A stretch of DNA of 64,000 nt from Candidatus Limnocylindrales bacterium (GTDB taxonomy: Bacteria; Chloroflexota; Limnocylindria; Limnocylindrales; CSP1-4), in the NCBI GenBank assembly GCA_049521175.1, contig JBEKPB010000006.1, positions 41,296-105,295 on the forward strand, given 5' to 3'. Below, in pieces: positions 27,557 to 37,009 of this stretch. The notes under the pieces are model-generated. The model was given only the letters and a program-made list of their open reading frames with translations, searched no databases and was not told where the DNA came from. Both the position numbers and the translations under genes were made by a program. The number at the start of each line of letters is the position of its first letter. The stretch's first letter is position 1.

Positions 27557-28564
27557 GTGACCATCAACACGCGCCCGCTGGGAAAGAGTGGGCTGGCCAT
27601 CACGACCGTCGGCTTTGGCTCATGGGCGGTCGGCGGCGGCGGTTGGTCGTTCGGGTGGGGCCCTCAGGACGACGACGACTCGATCCGTGCCATCCGCCAC
27701 GCCGTTTCGGCCGGTGTCAACTGGATCGACACCGCGGCGATCTACGGTCTGGGCCACTCCGAGGAGGTAGTCGGGCGGGCTGTGGCGGGCATTCCAGCCG
27801 CCGATCGGCCGATGGTCTTTACCAAGTGCGGCCTCGAGGCCGATCCCAGCGATCCGTACAAGCCGTCGGCCCGGAATTCCCGGCCGGCATACCTCCGGCT
27901 GGAGGTCGAACGTTCGCTGACTCGTCTGGGCGTGGAACGGATCGACCTCTTCCAGATCCACTGGCCGGACGAGACCGGGACCCCGGTTGAGGACTCCTGG
28001 GGTGAGATGAGCCGGTTCGTCGATGAGGGCAAGGTCCGGGCGATCGGCGTCAGCAACTTCCCTGTCGACCTGCTGGAGCGGTGCGAGCGGGTTCGCCACG
28101 TCGACTCACTCCAGCGGCCTTTCTCAGTAATCCGCCGTGAATCGGGCAGCACCGTCATCCCCTGGGCAGCCGCGCATGGAACCGGAGTCATCGTCTACAG
28201 CCCGATGGGATCCGGTATCCTCACCGACTCGTTCTCGATGGCTCGCGTCGAGGCGATGGCCGACGACGACTGGCGGCGCAAGACCGAGAGCTACCTCGAG
28301 CCGGCGCTGTCACGCAACGTCGCGATGCGCGACGCACTCCGACCGATCGCGGCGCGCCACGTGACGACCGTCTCCGCGGTTGCCGTAGCCTGGGTCCTGG
28401 CCTGGCCGGGGATCAGCGGCGCGATCGTTGGCGCGAGGACTCCTGGTCAGGTCGACGGCTGGCTGCCCGCGGCTAGCGTGACGCTCACCGCGGCAGATCT
28501 GGACGAGATCGCTGTCGCGGTCGAGCGAACGGGTGTTGGACCGGAGCCTGCCCGCCCGCGGTAG
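27557..28564 (+). CDS. Aldo/keto reductase
   Basis: GLGHSEEVVGRA, IDTAAIYG, IDLFQIHWPD motifs. GTG start with GGAGGA 7 nt upstream. Confidence 0.85.
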   Translation: MTINTRPLGKSGLAITTVGFGSWAVGGGGWSFGWGPQDDDDSIRAIRHAVSAGVNWIDTAAIYGLGHSEEVVGRAVAGIPAADRPMVFTKCGLEADPSDPYKPSARNSRPAYLRLEVERSLTRLGVERIDLFQIHWPDETGTPVEDSWGEMSRFVDEGKVRAIGVSNFPVDLLERCERVRHVDSLQRPFSVIRRESGSTVIPWAAAHGTGVIVYSPMGSGILTDSFSMARVEAMADDDWRRKTESYLEPALSRNVAMRDALRPIAARHVTTVSAVAVAWVLAWPGISGAIVGARTPGQVDGWLPAASVTLTAADLDEIAVAVERTGVGPEPARPR

Positions 28565-28626
28565 CCGCCGCGGCCCTGGACGCTCGCCGGCGGCCGCCGG
28601 CAGTGCCCCTACGTAGCCCGCGAGTC

Positions 28627-29514
28627 TCAGCCCGCCAGCTCGATCCCGGCCGAACGGCAATCCTCGGCGAAGCGGGCCTGCGCGTCCGTCGTGGGGTCCC
28701 AACGAGTGGGAAACGCGACGATGCGGCTCAGACCGGCGTTTGCACACCGGCCGATGAGGTCGACTCTGGCGGCTCCGGGCTCTCGGACCTCCTCGTCGCG
28801 GCAGTAGAGCGAAACCTTGAGCGTGGCCGGGTCGCGGCCTATCTCCTCGCACCGCGACCGGATCGTCGGCATGTCCTCGACGACCTCCTCCGGGCTGAGG
28901 AAGACCAGGTTCAACTCATCGGCATAGCGTGCGGCGAGCCGCCACGTAACCTCGCGGCCGTTCCCGCCGACTATGATCGGGGGCCTGGGCTGCTGGATTC
29001 CCTTGGGGACGTTGACCGCGTCCACGACCCTGGCATACCGGCCGTGATAGGTGGCGCGGCCCGGGCCGAGCATCTTGGTGATCACTTCGAGCGCGTCGTG
29101 GAGGGCCCGGAGCCGATCGCCTGTGGAGGGAAAGCCGTAGCCATACGCGAGCCACTCGTCTTCCTTCCAGCCCGCCCCGATCCCCAGCTCGAAGCGGCCC
29201 GCGCTGGCCACGTCGAGCGTCGACGCCAGCTTCGCGACCAGGGCCGGGTTGCGGAAGCCGTTGCAGATGACCATGTGGCCGAGTCGGACGCGGCTGGTGA
29301 CGCCGGCCATGGCGGTCAGAGTCGTGAATGACTCGAAGGTGATCTCGTCGGTGACGTCTGGGACGGTATGGAAGTGGTCGAAGACCCACTCCGACTCGAA
29401 GCCGAGCGCCTCGGCGTCCCGGGCCAGTTCCATCGACCTTGCCCACGCGACGGCCGCGTCCCAGCCGTTGTACTCGTATTTCCATCCCTGCGGGATCATC
29501 ACGCCGACGTCCAC
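28627..29514 (-). CDS. Luciferase-like monooxygenase family, F420-dependent oxidoreductase type
   Basis: GFESEWVFDHFHTVP...GRFELGIGAGW...PIIVGGNG motifs. GTG start with AGGAGG 5 nt upstream. The six-frame ORF is extended upstream. Confidence 0.8.
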   Translation of the reverse strand: MDVGVMIPQGWKYEYNGWDAAVAWARSMELARDAEALGFESEWVFDHFHTVPDVTDEITFESFTTLTAMAGVTSRVRLGHMVICNGFRNPALVAKLASTLDVASAGRFELGIGAGWKEDEWLAYGYGFPSTGDRLRALHDALEVITKMLGPGRATYHGRYARVVDAVNVPKGIQQPRPPIIVGGNGREVTWRLAARYADELNLVFLSPEEVVEDMPTIRSRCEEIGRDPATLKVSLYCRDEEVREPGAARVDLIGRCANAGLSRIVAFPTRWDPTTDAQARFAEDCRSAGIELAG

Positions 29515-29528
29515 ACTTGCCTCCTGGT

Positions 29529-30524
29529 CTACACGCGTCCTGGGTCCGGTTCTCCGTCCGGCACCGCCGCCCGCAAGAGAGTGGCCTGACCGTCCAGGGC
29601 TCGAACCTCGTATGCGCCGGCCGATCCGGCGACGAGCGCTGTGTCGAACTGGCCAAGGATCATCCGCTCGTCCATTCGGCGAATCTCGGCCCGGCCCTCG
29701 ATCACGGTAAGGATGTGGAAGGTGCGGGCCCCGGTGTCCGCGTTCACGGCCCCGCTTTCCGGCGAGGCTTGGAGCAGCCGGAGATCGAAATACGCGGACC
29801 GGATCACGAGTGCGGTGCCTGTCCAGGATTCGACCCGAGGATAACGCACCTCGCCCGGACCGACAGCGGAGGTGACCGCCACGGACTCTTCTATGTGGAG
29901 AGCCCGCGCGGCGGATGACGGGCGGTCCCAGTCGTAGACACGGTACGTGGTGTCGCTGGCCTGCTGGATTTCGTAGAGGAGGAGTCCCGGCCCGAGCGCG
30001 TGGAGCGTGCCAGCCGGGATGAGGAGGGCCTCGCCGCCCCGGATGTCGATGGGTTCCGCGACTTCGAGGATACGGCCGCTTCGTATCGCGTCGGCGAGTT
30101 CCTGGGGAGCCACGCCCGGCTTGACTCCGACCAGGATGCGTGAGCCTGCCTCGGCGCGGAGGAAATACCACGCCTCCGTCTTGCCGAACTCGCCGGGTCC
30201 GACCATCCGGATCGCCTGCTCGTCATTCGGGTGGACCTGGACCGACAGCCAGTCTGCACAGTCGAGGAGTTTTGCTAGGAGCGGGAAACGAGGTCCGAAT
30301 CGCGCGGCCACAGTCGTTCCCAGCAGCGCGGCGCCATGCGCGGCCGCAAGGCTCTCGAGCGTCTGACCCGCCAGCGCACCATCGAGGACGCGGCTGCCGC
30401 CCCAGGCGATCCAGGCTTCACCGACTGGCGGGTTCGCCGAACGAAGCCGCTGTCCGCCCCAAACGCGCTCGCGATATTGGGGCTCGAGCGCCAGCAGATG
30501 CCGGTCGAGCGTCTCGAGGCCCAT
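29529..30524 (-). CDS. manA: Mannose-6-phosphate isomerase, class I (short Bacillus-type)
   Basis: YRERVWGG, QVHPNDEQA, GKTEAWYFL motifs. 331 aa from internal ATG. ATGA overlap with upstream MFS gene. Confidence 0.8.
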   Translation of the reverse strand: MGLETLDRHLLALEPQYRERVWGGQRLRSANPPVGEAWIAWGGSRVLDGALAGQTLESLAAAHGAALLGTTVAARFGPRFPLLAKLLDCADWLSVQVHPNDEQAIRMVGPGEFGKTEAWYFLRAEAGSRILVGVKPGVAPQELADAIRSGRILEVAEPIDIRGGEALLIPAGTLHALGPGLLLYEIQQASDTTYRVYDWDRPSSAARALHIEESVAVTSAVGPGEVRYPRVESWTGTALVIRSAYFDLRLLQASPESGAVNADTGARTFHILTVIEGRAEIRRMDERMILGQFDTALVAGSAGAYEVRALDGQATLLRAAVPDGEPDPGRV

Positions 30525-32023
30525 CACGCGTACTCCGGCGCCGCCACCGGTGCGGGTGCGTCCTCCCGTCGCCTCTCCACGACGGGCCTGAGCAAGACTG
30601 CGCCGAGGATGTAGCAGACGACGCCGAACACGAGCGCCGCGCGTGGCCCGGCGCCGTAGCCGAACAGGTGGTTGACCGTGTCCATTACGCCCGCTCCGGC
30701 GATTGCCAGGGCCACGAGGCCCGCCGATGCAGTGGCCACATTGGAGATGCCCATGTATCGTCCCGTCGAGGCCTTTGGAACGATGTCGCTCATCAGAGCC
30801 CAGTCGACTGCCAGGAAGGCGCCTGCGGCAATCGCGAACAGACCGGCACCGGCCAATGCCATCGGCAGGATCGGTGCGACGGCGCCCATTGCGAGCCCCA
30901 CGCCACCGGCCAGACACGATCCGTAGATGACCTTCTTGCGACCGATTCTGTCGGACAGCCGGCTCGCGGGGATGACCGAACCCGTCACACACACCGCGAC
31001 GATGCCCAGCAGAATCAGCTTCGTGGTGCCGGTCGCTTGCTCGTCGAGCCCAAATACCTGGGCGAGGTAGAAGGTGGCCATGACCGGGTATATGGACGCC
31101 GCGACGAGGATGAAGAAGCGCGAGCTCACCAGCCAGACGAAGCTGCGTTCGCTCAGGACGTCCGTGCCCCAAGCCTCGCGGGCGATCGCGAACCACGACT
31201 TGCCCTTGCGGGGCTTGACCCGCGTGCCCTCATCGACGTGCATCACGACGCTGACCATCGTGATGAACTCGATGATGCCGATCGTCATCGTCCCGTAGAA
31301 GAATGCGTTCGGGTCCGTCGCGGACAGCGTCAGGGCGATGGCCGAGACTGCGTAGCCGACGACGTTGCCGAGGGCCGAGAAGAGCCCCAGCAAACCGGAA
31401 GCCAGCCCGACCTGTTTGGCCGGAACCAGATCCGGAACGTATCCCTGGAACGGGCCTTGAGCGAAGTTGGAGCTGAACTGGAGGAGGCTGACGAAGGCGG
31501 CGACGGCCGGCAGGGCGTTGGAGGTGGCCACGCCCCAGAGGAAGACCACGTCGAGGGTCGCGCCGATGAAGATGTACGGCTTGCGGCGCCCCCAGCGGGT
31601 CATCGTGTAGTCGCTGATCGAACCGACGGTCGGCTGGACCAGGATGGCGATGAAGGTGCCGACCACTGCTATCTGGAACCCGCCGAGACCCTCACTGCCC
31701 TTGGGAACGAGGTGGGTGAACTGGAGCCGGTTGTTGACGATGTCGAGGAGCCCGCTCCAGACCGTGGAGATCCCAAGCCAGTAGAGCGAGATCCGAACGA
31801 TGTGGCTCACGGGCAGCAGTTGCGTCGGTCGGCCATCTGAATCGTGACTCGGGAGGGCCGCGATCGGCGCCTCATTCCCGGTCGACTCCAATTCGTTGAC
31901 GGCGTTGACCACCGGCCAGCGTCTCCCTTCGGCCCAACCGTTCAGACCCGACGCCTTCGCACGTCCCGGGATCTCGCGGCCGGAATGCAAGCTGTGGCGG
32001 CCAGTATCGCCGGTCCGGAACAT
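30524..32023 (-). CDS. MFS transporter (sugar/GPH-like), start uncertain
   Basis: 12 predicted TM helices. Co-transcribed with manA. Confidence 0.65.
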   Translation of the reverse strand: MFRTGDTGRHSLHSGREIPGRAKASGLNGWAEGRRWPVVNAVNELESTGNEAPIAALPSHDSDGRPTQLLPVSHIVRISLYWLGISTVWSGLLDIVNNRLQFTHLVPKGSEGLGGFQIAVVGTFIAILVQPTVGSISDYTMTRWGRRKPYIFIGATLDVVFLWGVATSNALPAVAAFVSLLQFSSNFAQGPFQGYVPDLVPAKQVGLASGLLGLFSALGNVVGYAVSAIALTLSATDPNAFFYGTMTIGIIEFITMVSVVMHVDEGTRVKPRKGKSWFAIAREAWGTDVLSERSFVWLVSSRFFILVAASIYPVMATFYLAQVFGLDEQATGTTKLILLGIVAVCVTGSVIPASRLSDRIGRKKVIYGSCLAGGVGLAMGAVAPILPMALAGAGLFAIAAGAFLAVDWALMSDIVPKASTGRYMGISNVATASAGLVALAIAGAGVMDTVNHLFGYGAGPRAALVFGVVCYILGAVLLRPVVERRREDAPAPVAAPEYA

Positions 32024-32073
32024 GTCCGCGAGCCGACACCACCCAATCGACCTCTGCTGATACATTCCCGGCG

Positions 32074-32889
32074 GTGAGCAACAGACGAACCGGTCTGCGT
32101 GCGGCCACGGCCGGCGCCGCCTCAGACCCGATCTACTACCTGTCGCTGGGCGACTCGCTGGCCAGCGGCGTGCAGCCGATCGGCGACGCGGAACGGCTGT
32201 TCCGCACCGATGACGGCTACGCCGACCAGCTCGGCGCGATTGCCCGCCGGCGTATTCCGAACCTGCGGACCGTGAAGCTCGGTTATCCGGGTGAGTCGAC
32301 GACGACGATGGTCGAGGGCGGCCTCGCGAGCTACCCGCACGGCAGCCAGCTCGACGAGGCGGTCCATTTCTTGCGTGCCCATCGAGACACCCTGGGCTTC
32401 GTGACGATAGACATCGGGTTCAATGACATGCCGAGCCTGGAACTGGAGTCGATACCGGCCGGTCTGGCCAGGATCGATCGGAACCTGCCCGGGATCCTGG
32501 GACGTCTCAAGGAAGCCGCGGGACCGGAAACGCCAATCGTGGGGATGACGATCTACGACGCGTTTCTCCCTCATTGGCTGGAAGGACCATTGGGTCAGGC
32601 GCTGGCCCGGATCTCGGTTTGGGACGCGATCGTGCCGATCAACGCCCATTTCGTGGATCTCTACCTGAGCGCGGGGTTGCGGATAGCCGATGTCGAGGGC
32701 GCGTTCTGCACCACCGATTTCGACACCGAGGTTGAGATGGCCGGGGTCGGACCGGTCCCCATCAACGTCGCCCGGGCCTGTGAGTGGACCTGGGGCGGTG
32801 CGCCGCCTCCGCTCGGTCCGGACCTCCACGCTACCGCGAGCGGCTACCGCGCCATCGCCGAGGCCTTTGCCAGGGTCGTCCTCGACTGA
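32074..32889 (+). CDS. SGNH/GDSL-family hydrolase
   Basis: YYLSLGDSLASG block I. C-terminal DLHATASGY (DxxH block). Confidence 0.65.
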   Translation: MSNRRTGLRAATAGAASDPIYYLSLGDSLASGVQPIGDAERLFRTDDGYADQLGAIARRRIPNLRTVKLGYPGESTTTMVEGGLASYPHGSQLDEAVHFLRAHRDTLGFVTIDIGFNDMPSLELESIPAGLARIDRNLPGILGRLKEAAGPETPIVGMTIYDAFLPHWLEGPLGQALARISVWDAIVPINAHFVDLYLSAGLRIADVEGAFCTTDFDTEVEMAGVGPVPINVARACEWTWGGAPPPLGPDLHATASGYRAIAEAFARVVLD

Positions 32890-32975
32890 CTCAAGGCGCC
32901 ACTCACGAAGAACCGCCGGTCGGGCGCCGGCGGGTCCTCGTGTTGTTGGGAATGTGGCGCGAGGCCACCCGGCTA

Positions 32976-33530
32976 TCAGTATCCGCTGCTCGTGGTGCCG
33001 GTGGCTGCCGGGGCGCTGCCGCCCACGGACCCGCTGAGAGGGGCAACGAACCAGACACCGTTCTTGCCTTGGCCGTTCGTGTCACCAGCCGCCGAGTCGC
33101 CGGCGAAGTAGTAGAGGGGCATGTGGTTGTACGTGACCTGCATCGACCCGTCTGAGCGGGTGATCGTCGCGAAAGCGCCGGTGGCTCCGCTGGGGCCGGT
33201 GATCGTCGCACCGCTCGCGGCCGACAGAGGAGGCCAGTTGGTCGCGCACGAGCCGCTGCATGTGCTCGTATCGGCCGTGTCGGCAGTGAGGACGTAGAGG
33301 GTCATCCCGTTCTGCCCGGTGAGATACGCCCCGAGAGGGGCGCTGTTTGTGGATCCGATCGTGATGCTCGTAGCCCCGGCCGGGGCACCGCCGGTCGCAC
33401 CCAGCGCCGCGCTCGAGGCGGGTGGAGTTGCGGCTGCGGACGAACAGGCGGCCGCGATCATGGCGGCGCCGAGGGCCAGACCGGCCATCAATGGCCAACG
33501 TGAACTGGGACGCATGTCGTTCTCCTGCAT
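32976..33530 (-). CDS. Secreted lipoprotein with two COG4315/PF03640 repeats
   Basis: Lipobox LALGAAMIAAAC. Twice G.TLY.F..D....S.C.G.CA..WPPL. Confidence 0.7.
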   Translation of the reverse strand: MQENDMRPSSRWPLMAGLALGAAMIAAACSSAAATPPASSAALGATGGAPAGATSITIGSTNSAPLGAYLTGQNGMTLYVLTADTADTSTCSGSCATNWPPLSAASGATITGPSGATGAFATITRSDGSMQVTYNHMPLYYFAGDSAAGDTNGQGKNGVWFVAPLSGSVGGSAPAATGTTSSGY

Positions 33531-33738
33531 TGGTTTGTATCCGGATGCTGCTCCGAGCGATCCCTTCCTCGTAGGGGTGCACAGCTGGGTACGGCAGCGC
33601 AGCGTGAGGCGGTTCTCGCCGATGCCAAAGGTCTCGCCGTGTGGGCCCGCGGGTTGTGACCGCCTCGCCCGGCGGCACCAAAGCCGTTCTTCAGGGCGGG
33701 TTCAGCGGGCGGTAGGTTCCGTTCCCGGGTTCCGAGGC

Positions 33739-35046
33739 TTAGCCGATCTCCGGGGCGGGCGCCGTCTCGGCCCGCGCCGCCGTCGGGATCTCGTGCAGCG
33801 ACCGGACAGGCGACGCCAGAACCCACAGGAACGCGGTCGAGGCGACCGTCGCACCAATGAGGACGGTGGTCCGCAGCGGCAGGAAGGTGGCCAGGATCCC
33901 GCCCACGACCGATCCGAGCGGCATGGTTCCCCAGACGATGAACCGCATCGTGGCGTTCATGCGGCCTTGTATGTCCAGCGGCGTGATCGCCTGACGGAAG
34001 CTGACCTGGTTGACGTTGTAGACGACGCTCGAGAAGCCCATCAGGAATTGCGACGCGATGAGCATCGCGCCGGCGACGACGGCTTCGTTCGGGAGGAAGA
34101 CGATGATGAAAGTCGCCGGGCCGGACACGAATATCGAGCCAACGATGACGGGCCCGACTCCAAGGCGTCTGGCCAGCGGCGCGGCCGCGAAAGCGCCGAG
34201 GAGAACTCCGAGACCGGCGATGCTGAACGCCGCGCCGACCAACGCGGCCGACAGGTTGAGCTCGACGTAGGCGTAGACCGGGAAGATCGAGAAGGCGATG
34301 GTTGTGCCGAGATTCGACGTCCCCGTCGAACCGGCGATCATCCGCAGGTACCGGTTCCCGGCGACATACCTCAGACCCTCGGCGATCTCCTGGCGCAGGC
34401 TCGTATCGACCTTGCGATCGGGTTTCGGCTCGTGTTTGCGCACGAGTGAGATGAGGCCGCCGGAGACCAGAAAGCTGACGGCGTCGACAATCACCGCGAA
34501 TGGTGCGCCCACGAACCCGATGATCCCGCCGCCGAGACCGGGCCCCACGATCTGCGCAGCCGAGCTCGACATCTGAAGATTGGCGTTGCCTTCGACCAGG
34601 TCGCCTGGATCCAGCAGGACCGGCAGGTAGGACTGATCGGCGACGTCGAAGAAGACCGTCAGGAAGCCCGTCGTGAATGCGACGACGTAGAGCTGCCAGA
34701 TCGTCAGCACGCCCATGGCAAATGCGATCGGGATCGAAAGAAGAGCGATGGCGCGACCGATGTCGGCCGCGATGAGGACGGGCCGACGGCGCACCCGATC
34801 CAGCCAGGCCCCGGCTGGCAGCGTGAAGAGGATGAACGGGAGCATCTCGGCCGCCCCCAGGAGGGCCACTTCGAAGGCCGAAGCGTTCAGCACCTTGGCG
34901 GCGATGTACGGGATGGCGAGCAGGCTCACCTGCGAGCCCATCTGGCTGATCGTCGCGGCCGACCAGATCTTCATGTACTCGCGGTGGCGCCACAGCGAGG
35001 CCCGGGGGGTCACGACGGGGGCTGCGTCGGTCACGGGATCGGGCAT
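33739..35046 (-). CDS. MFS transporter (EntS/drug-exporter-like)
   Basis: 435 aa from ATG MPDPVTD. 12 TM helices. The 491-aa six-frame ORF is extended upstream. Confidence 0.8.
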   Translation of the reverse strand: MPDPVTDAAPVVTPRASLWRHREYMKIWSAATISQMGSQVSLLAIPYIAAKVLNASAFEVALLGAAEMLPFILFTLPAGAWLDRVRRRPVLIAADIGRAIALLSIPIAFAMGVLTIWQLYVVAFTTGFLTVFFDVADQSYLPVLLDPGDLVEGNANLQMSSSAAQIVGPGLGGGIIGFVGAPFAVIVDAVSFLVSGGLISLVRKHEPKPDRKVDTSLRQEIAEGLRYVAGNRYLRMIAGSTGTSNLGTTIAFSIFPVYAYVELNLSAALVGAAFSIAGLGVLLGAFAAAPLARRLGVGPVIVGSIFVSGPATFIIVFLPNEAVVAGAMLIASQFLMGFSSVVYNVNQVSFRQAITPLDIQGRMNATMRFIVWGTMPLGSVVGGILATFLPLRTTVLIGATVASTAFLWVLASPVRSLHEIPTAARAETAPAPEIG

Positions 35047-36122
35047 TGCGCCATGGTACCCAGGCCGCCACTCGCCGCCTCCGGCGCCGCGTTCGACGGT
35101 CGCGTGGCCGCTGCCTCCGTTCTCCGACTGCTTCCGCGCTGACCCGTTGCGAGGCTGGCCGTGTGCGCTAATTCCGACCAGGCAGGAATTGGGTCGCAAT
35201 GGCGACCTCGCCACCCGCGCTCAGGCGTCGGATGGGCCTTCTCGACCCCTGCGCTGAGCGTGGATTGGGCGACTGGTGGCCTGCCGATCCTCTGGGGACC
35301 CGCAGCTGCGCAGCAAGGCTCTTGCCAATTCCCGGTCCGCGGGAATTGGGCAGAAGCAGACTCCGGAAACGGGGCCCGTGTGTGGGTGCCGGAACGGCGG
35401 TGCCCACGCTCGGCCGTCGCGAGGCAGCACGGAACGAACCAGGTTCGCGTGCGCCGTGATGCGGTCGCGGCGAGGAGTCCGAGAAGGCCCGCCGCGGCCG
35501 ACATCGCGCAGGCAGAGATGAGCGATATCCAGCCGCCTCGACCCTCCTTCAGGACCGCGGCCAGACCGGTCAGGACGCCGGCTAGGGCCAGGAACGAGAG
35601 CCGGAGAACGGCAAGGTGCTCCTGGGACGTGGCGGCTTCGGCCAGGTCGGCCTGACGGTTTTGCTCGGCCAGCTCGGAGAGGAGCTGCGGTGTGGTCGCG
35701 TTCAGCAGGCCGGCGGTATACGGGTCTACGGGTTTGCCGCCGGTCGTGGCGGAAGTGGCCGCAAGGGCGGCCCGCAGCTCCGTGAACGCCGACTCCTCGG
35801 CATTGCCGATCGCTATCGACGTGGCGTCGTCGTTCTGGATTCCCGCTATGCCGCGGGCAGCGGACTCCATGCTTAGCATGAACGCGGTCTGCTGCGCACC
35901 CAGGGCAGAGTCGGACGCCTGCCCGCTGACCGCTATACGCGCAGAGAGGTCAGCGGCGAGTCGAGCGGCCTCGAGATTGGCACGTGTCGACGCCTGGCTC
36001 GCGTTCATCTCGACGACTGCCAGCAGCGCCGCCAGCACGGCGATGACCCCGATCAGCACGGCTGCGACCAGGTCGAAGCGCCGCTCGGCGCGAAGCTCGG
36101 CCGCGGAGTCGGGCGCGATCAC
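35031..36122 (-). CDS. Hypothetical membrane protein (TM, about 150-aa Ala/Gln-rich segment, 2 TM, degenerate tail)
   Basis: ORF plus hydrophobicity only. C-terminal 100 aa look non-protein-like. Confidence 0.35.
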   Translation of the reverse strand: MIAPDSAAELRAERRFDLVAAVLIGVIAVLAALLAVVEMNASQASTRANLEAARLAADLSARIAVSGQASDSALGAQQTAFMLSMESAARGIAGIQNDDATSIAIGNAEESAFTELRAALAATSATTGGKPVDPYTAGLLNATTPQLLSELAEQNRQADLAEAATSQEHLAVLRLSFLALAGVLTGLAAVLKEGRGGWISLISACAMSAAAGLLGLLAATASRRTRTWFVPCCLATAERGHRRSGTHTRAPFPESASAQFPRTGNWQEPCCAAAGPQRIGRPPVAQSTLSAGVEKAHPTPERGWRGRHCDPIPAWSELAHTASLATGQRGSSRRTEAAATRPSNAAPEAASGGLGTMAQCPIP

Positions 36123-36610
36123 AGCAGCACCGCAACGGCCACGGCAAGCGCCGCGCCGCCCACCAGAACAACCGCACCAAGCCGTAGCAACACGGATCGG
36201 CGGCGCTTGAACGGCTGGGCCAAGACGCCGAGGAACGCGGCTGCGCTCGTCGGCAGCAGGGCAAGGGCCATGACGTCCGCCTTGTGGGCGAGCTTGTCGC
36301 CGGTTGCCTGTAGGCCGTCGGGATCGAGCTTGAGCAGATCCGGGTTCTGAGCGCGCAGGTCCGCCAGTGTCTTGCCCAGATCGTACCCGCCCGACCCGAG
36401 CGCATAGACCGGCTTCGTTGCCAGATCCGAGCTCGGCGCCAGCGCCGCGACTATCTGGCCCTGGACATTGGCCTCAAGCAGGAGGCCCTCGTGCACCGCT
36501 CCACTTTGTCCCTGCGCGGCGGGGACCATCTGTTGCTGGACGATGCGGGCCTCCGCGATGCGGATCGCCACGGGAAGTTCCGACTGGTAGAGGAAACGCA
36601 CGTCCTCCAA
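36119..36610 (-). CDS. Hypothetical protein with C-terminal TM anchor
   Basis: ORF in operon-like array. ATGA overlap with downstream gene. Confidence 0.35.
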   Translation of the reverse strand: MEDVRFLYQSELPVAIRIAEARIVQQQMVPAAQGQSGAVHEGLLLEANVQGQIVAALAPSSDLATKPVYALGSGGYDLGKTLADLRAQNPDLLKLDPDGLQATGDKLAHKADVMALALLPTSAAAFLGVLAQPFKRRRSVLLRLGAVVLVGGAALAVAVAVLL

Positions 36611-36631
36611 CGCGCCGGCCGATCGCTTGAC

Positions 36632-36835
36632 CTAGGTGCGGAGGGCAGACTGCCACGTTTCGGTCGCGGAGCTGGAGATCATCGCGGCGGCGAAGCCGAT
36701 CAAGGCCGCAACGATTGCAGCGGCGGTTAGAAGGACCGCGACCCCGGTGTGGCCGCGCTCATGACCCGCGCCGATCTCAGACACGGCAATGGCCGGCGAC
36801 TCGGACGCGGTCGGTTCGAGTGCCTCCCCGGTCAT
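36632..36835 (-). CDS. Hypothetical small membrane protein
   Basis: 67-aa ORF with one TM helix. First gene of the array. Confidence 0.3.
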   Translation of the reverse strand: MTGEALEPTASESPAIAVSEIGAGHERGHTGVAVLLTAAAIVAALIGFAAAMISSSATETWQSALRT

Positions 36836-37009
36836 GGACTCCCTCGCTTCGACTCAGGTGGTGATGACTGAGCCACTCTAGCGCCGGCAGCCGGAGGACG
36901 CGGCCCGGAACCGCAGCGTGGGCGCTGCCACCTTGAGCCGCCGGGGTACGAGTCGTGGGTCGGAGCCGGCCGGCAGGTGAACGGCCGAGGCTCGCCGAGC
37001 CGGTCGCCG

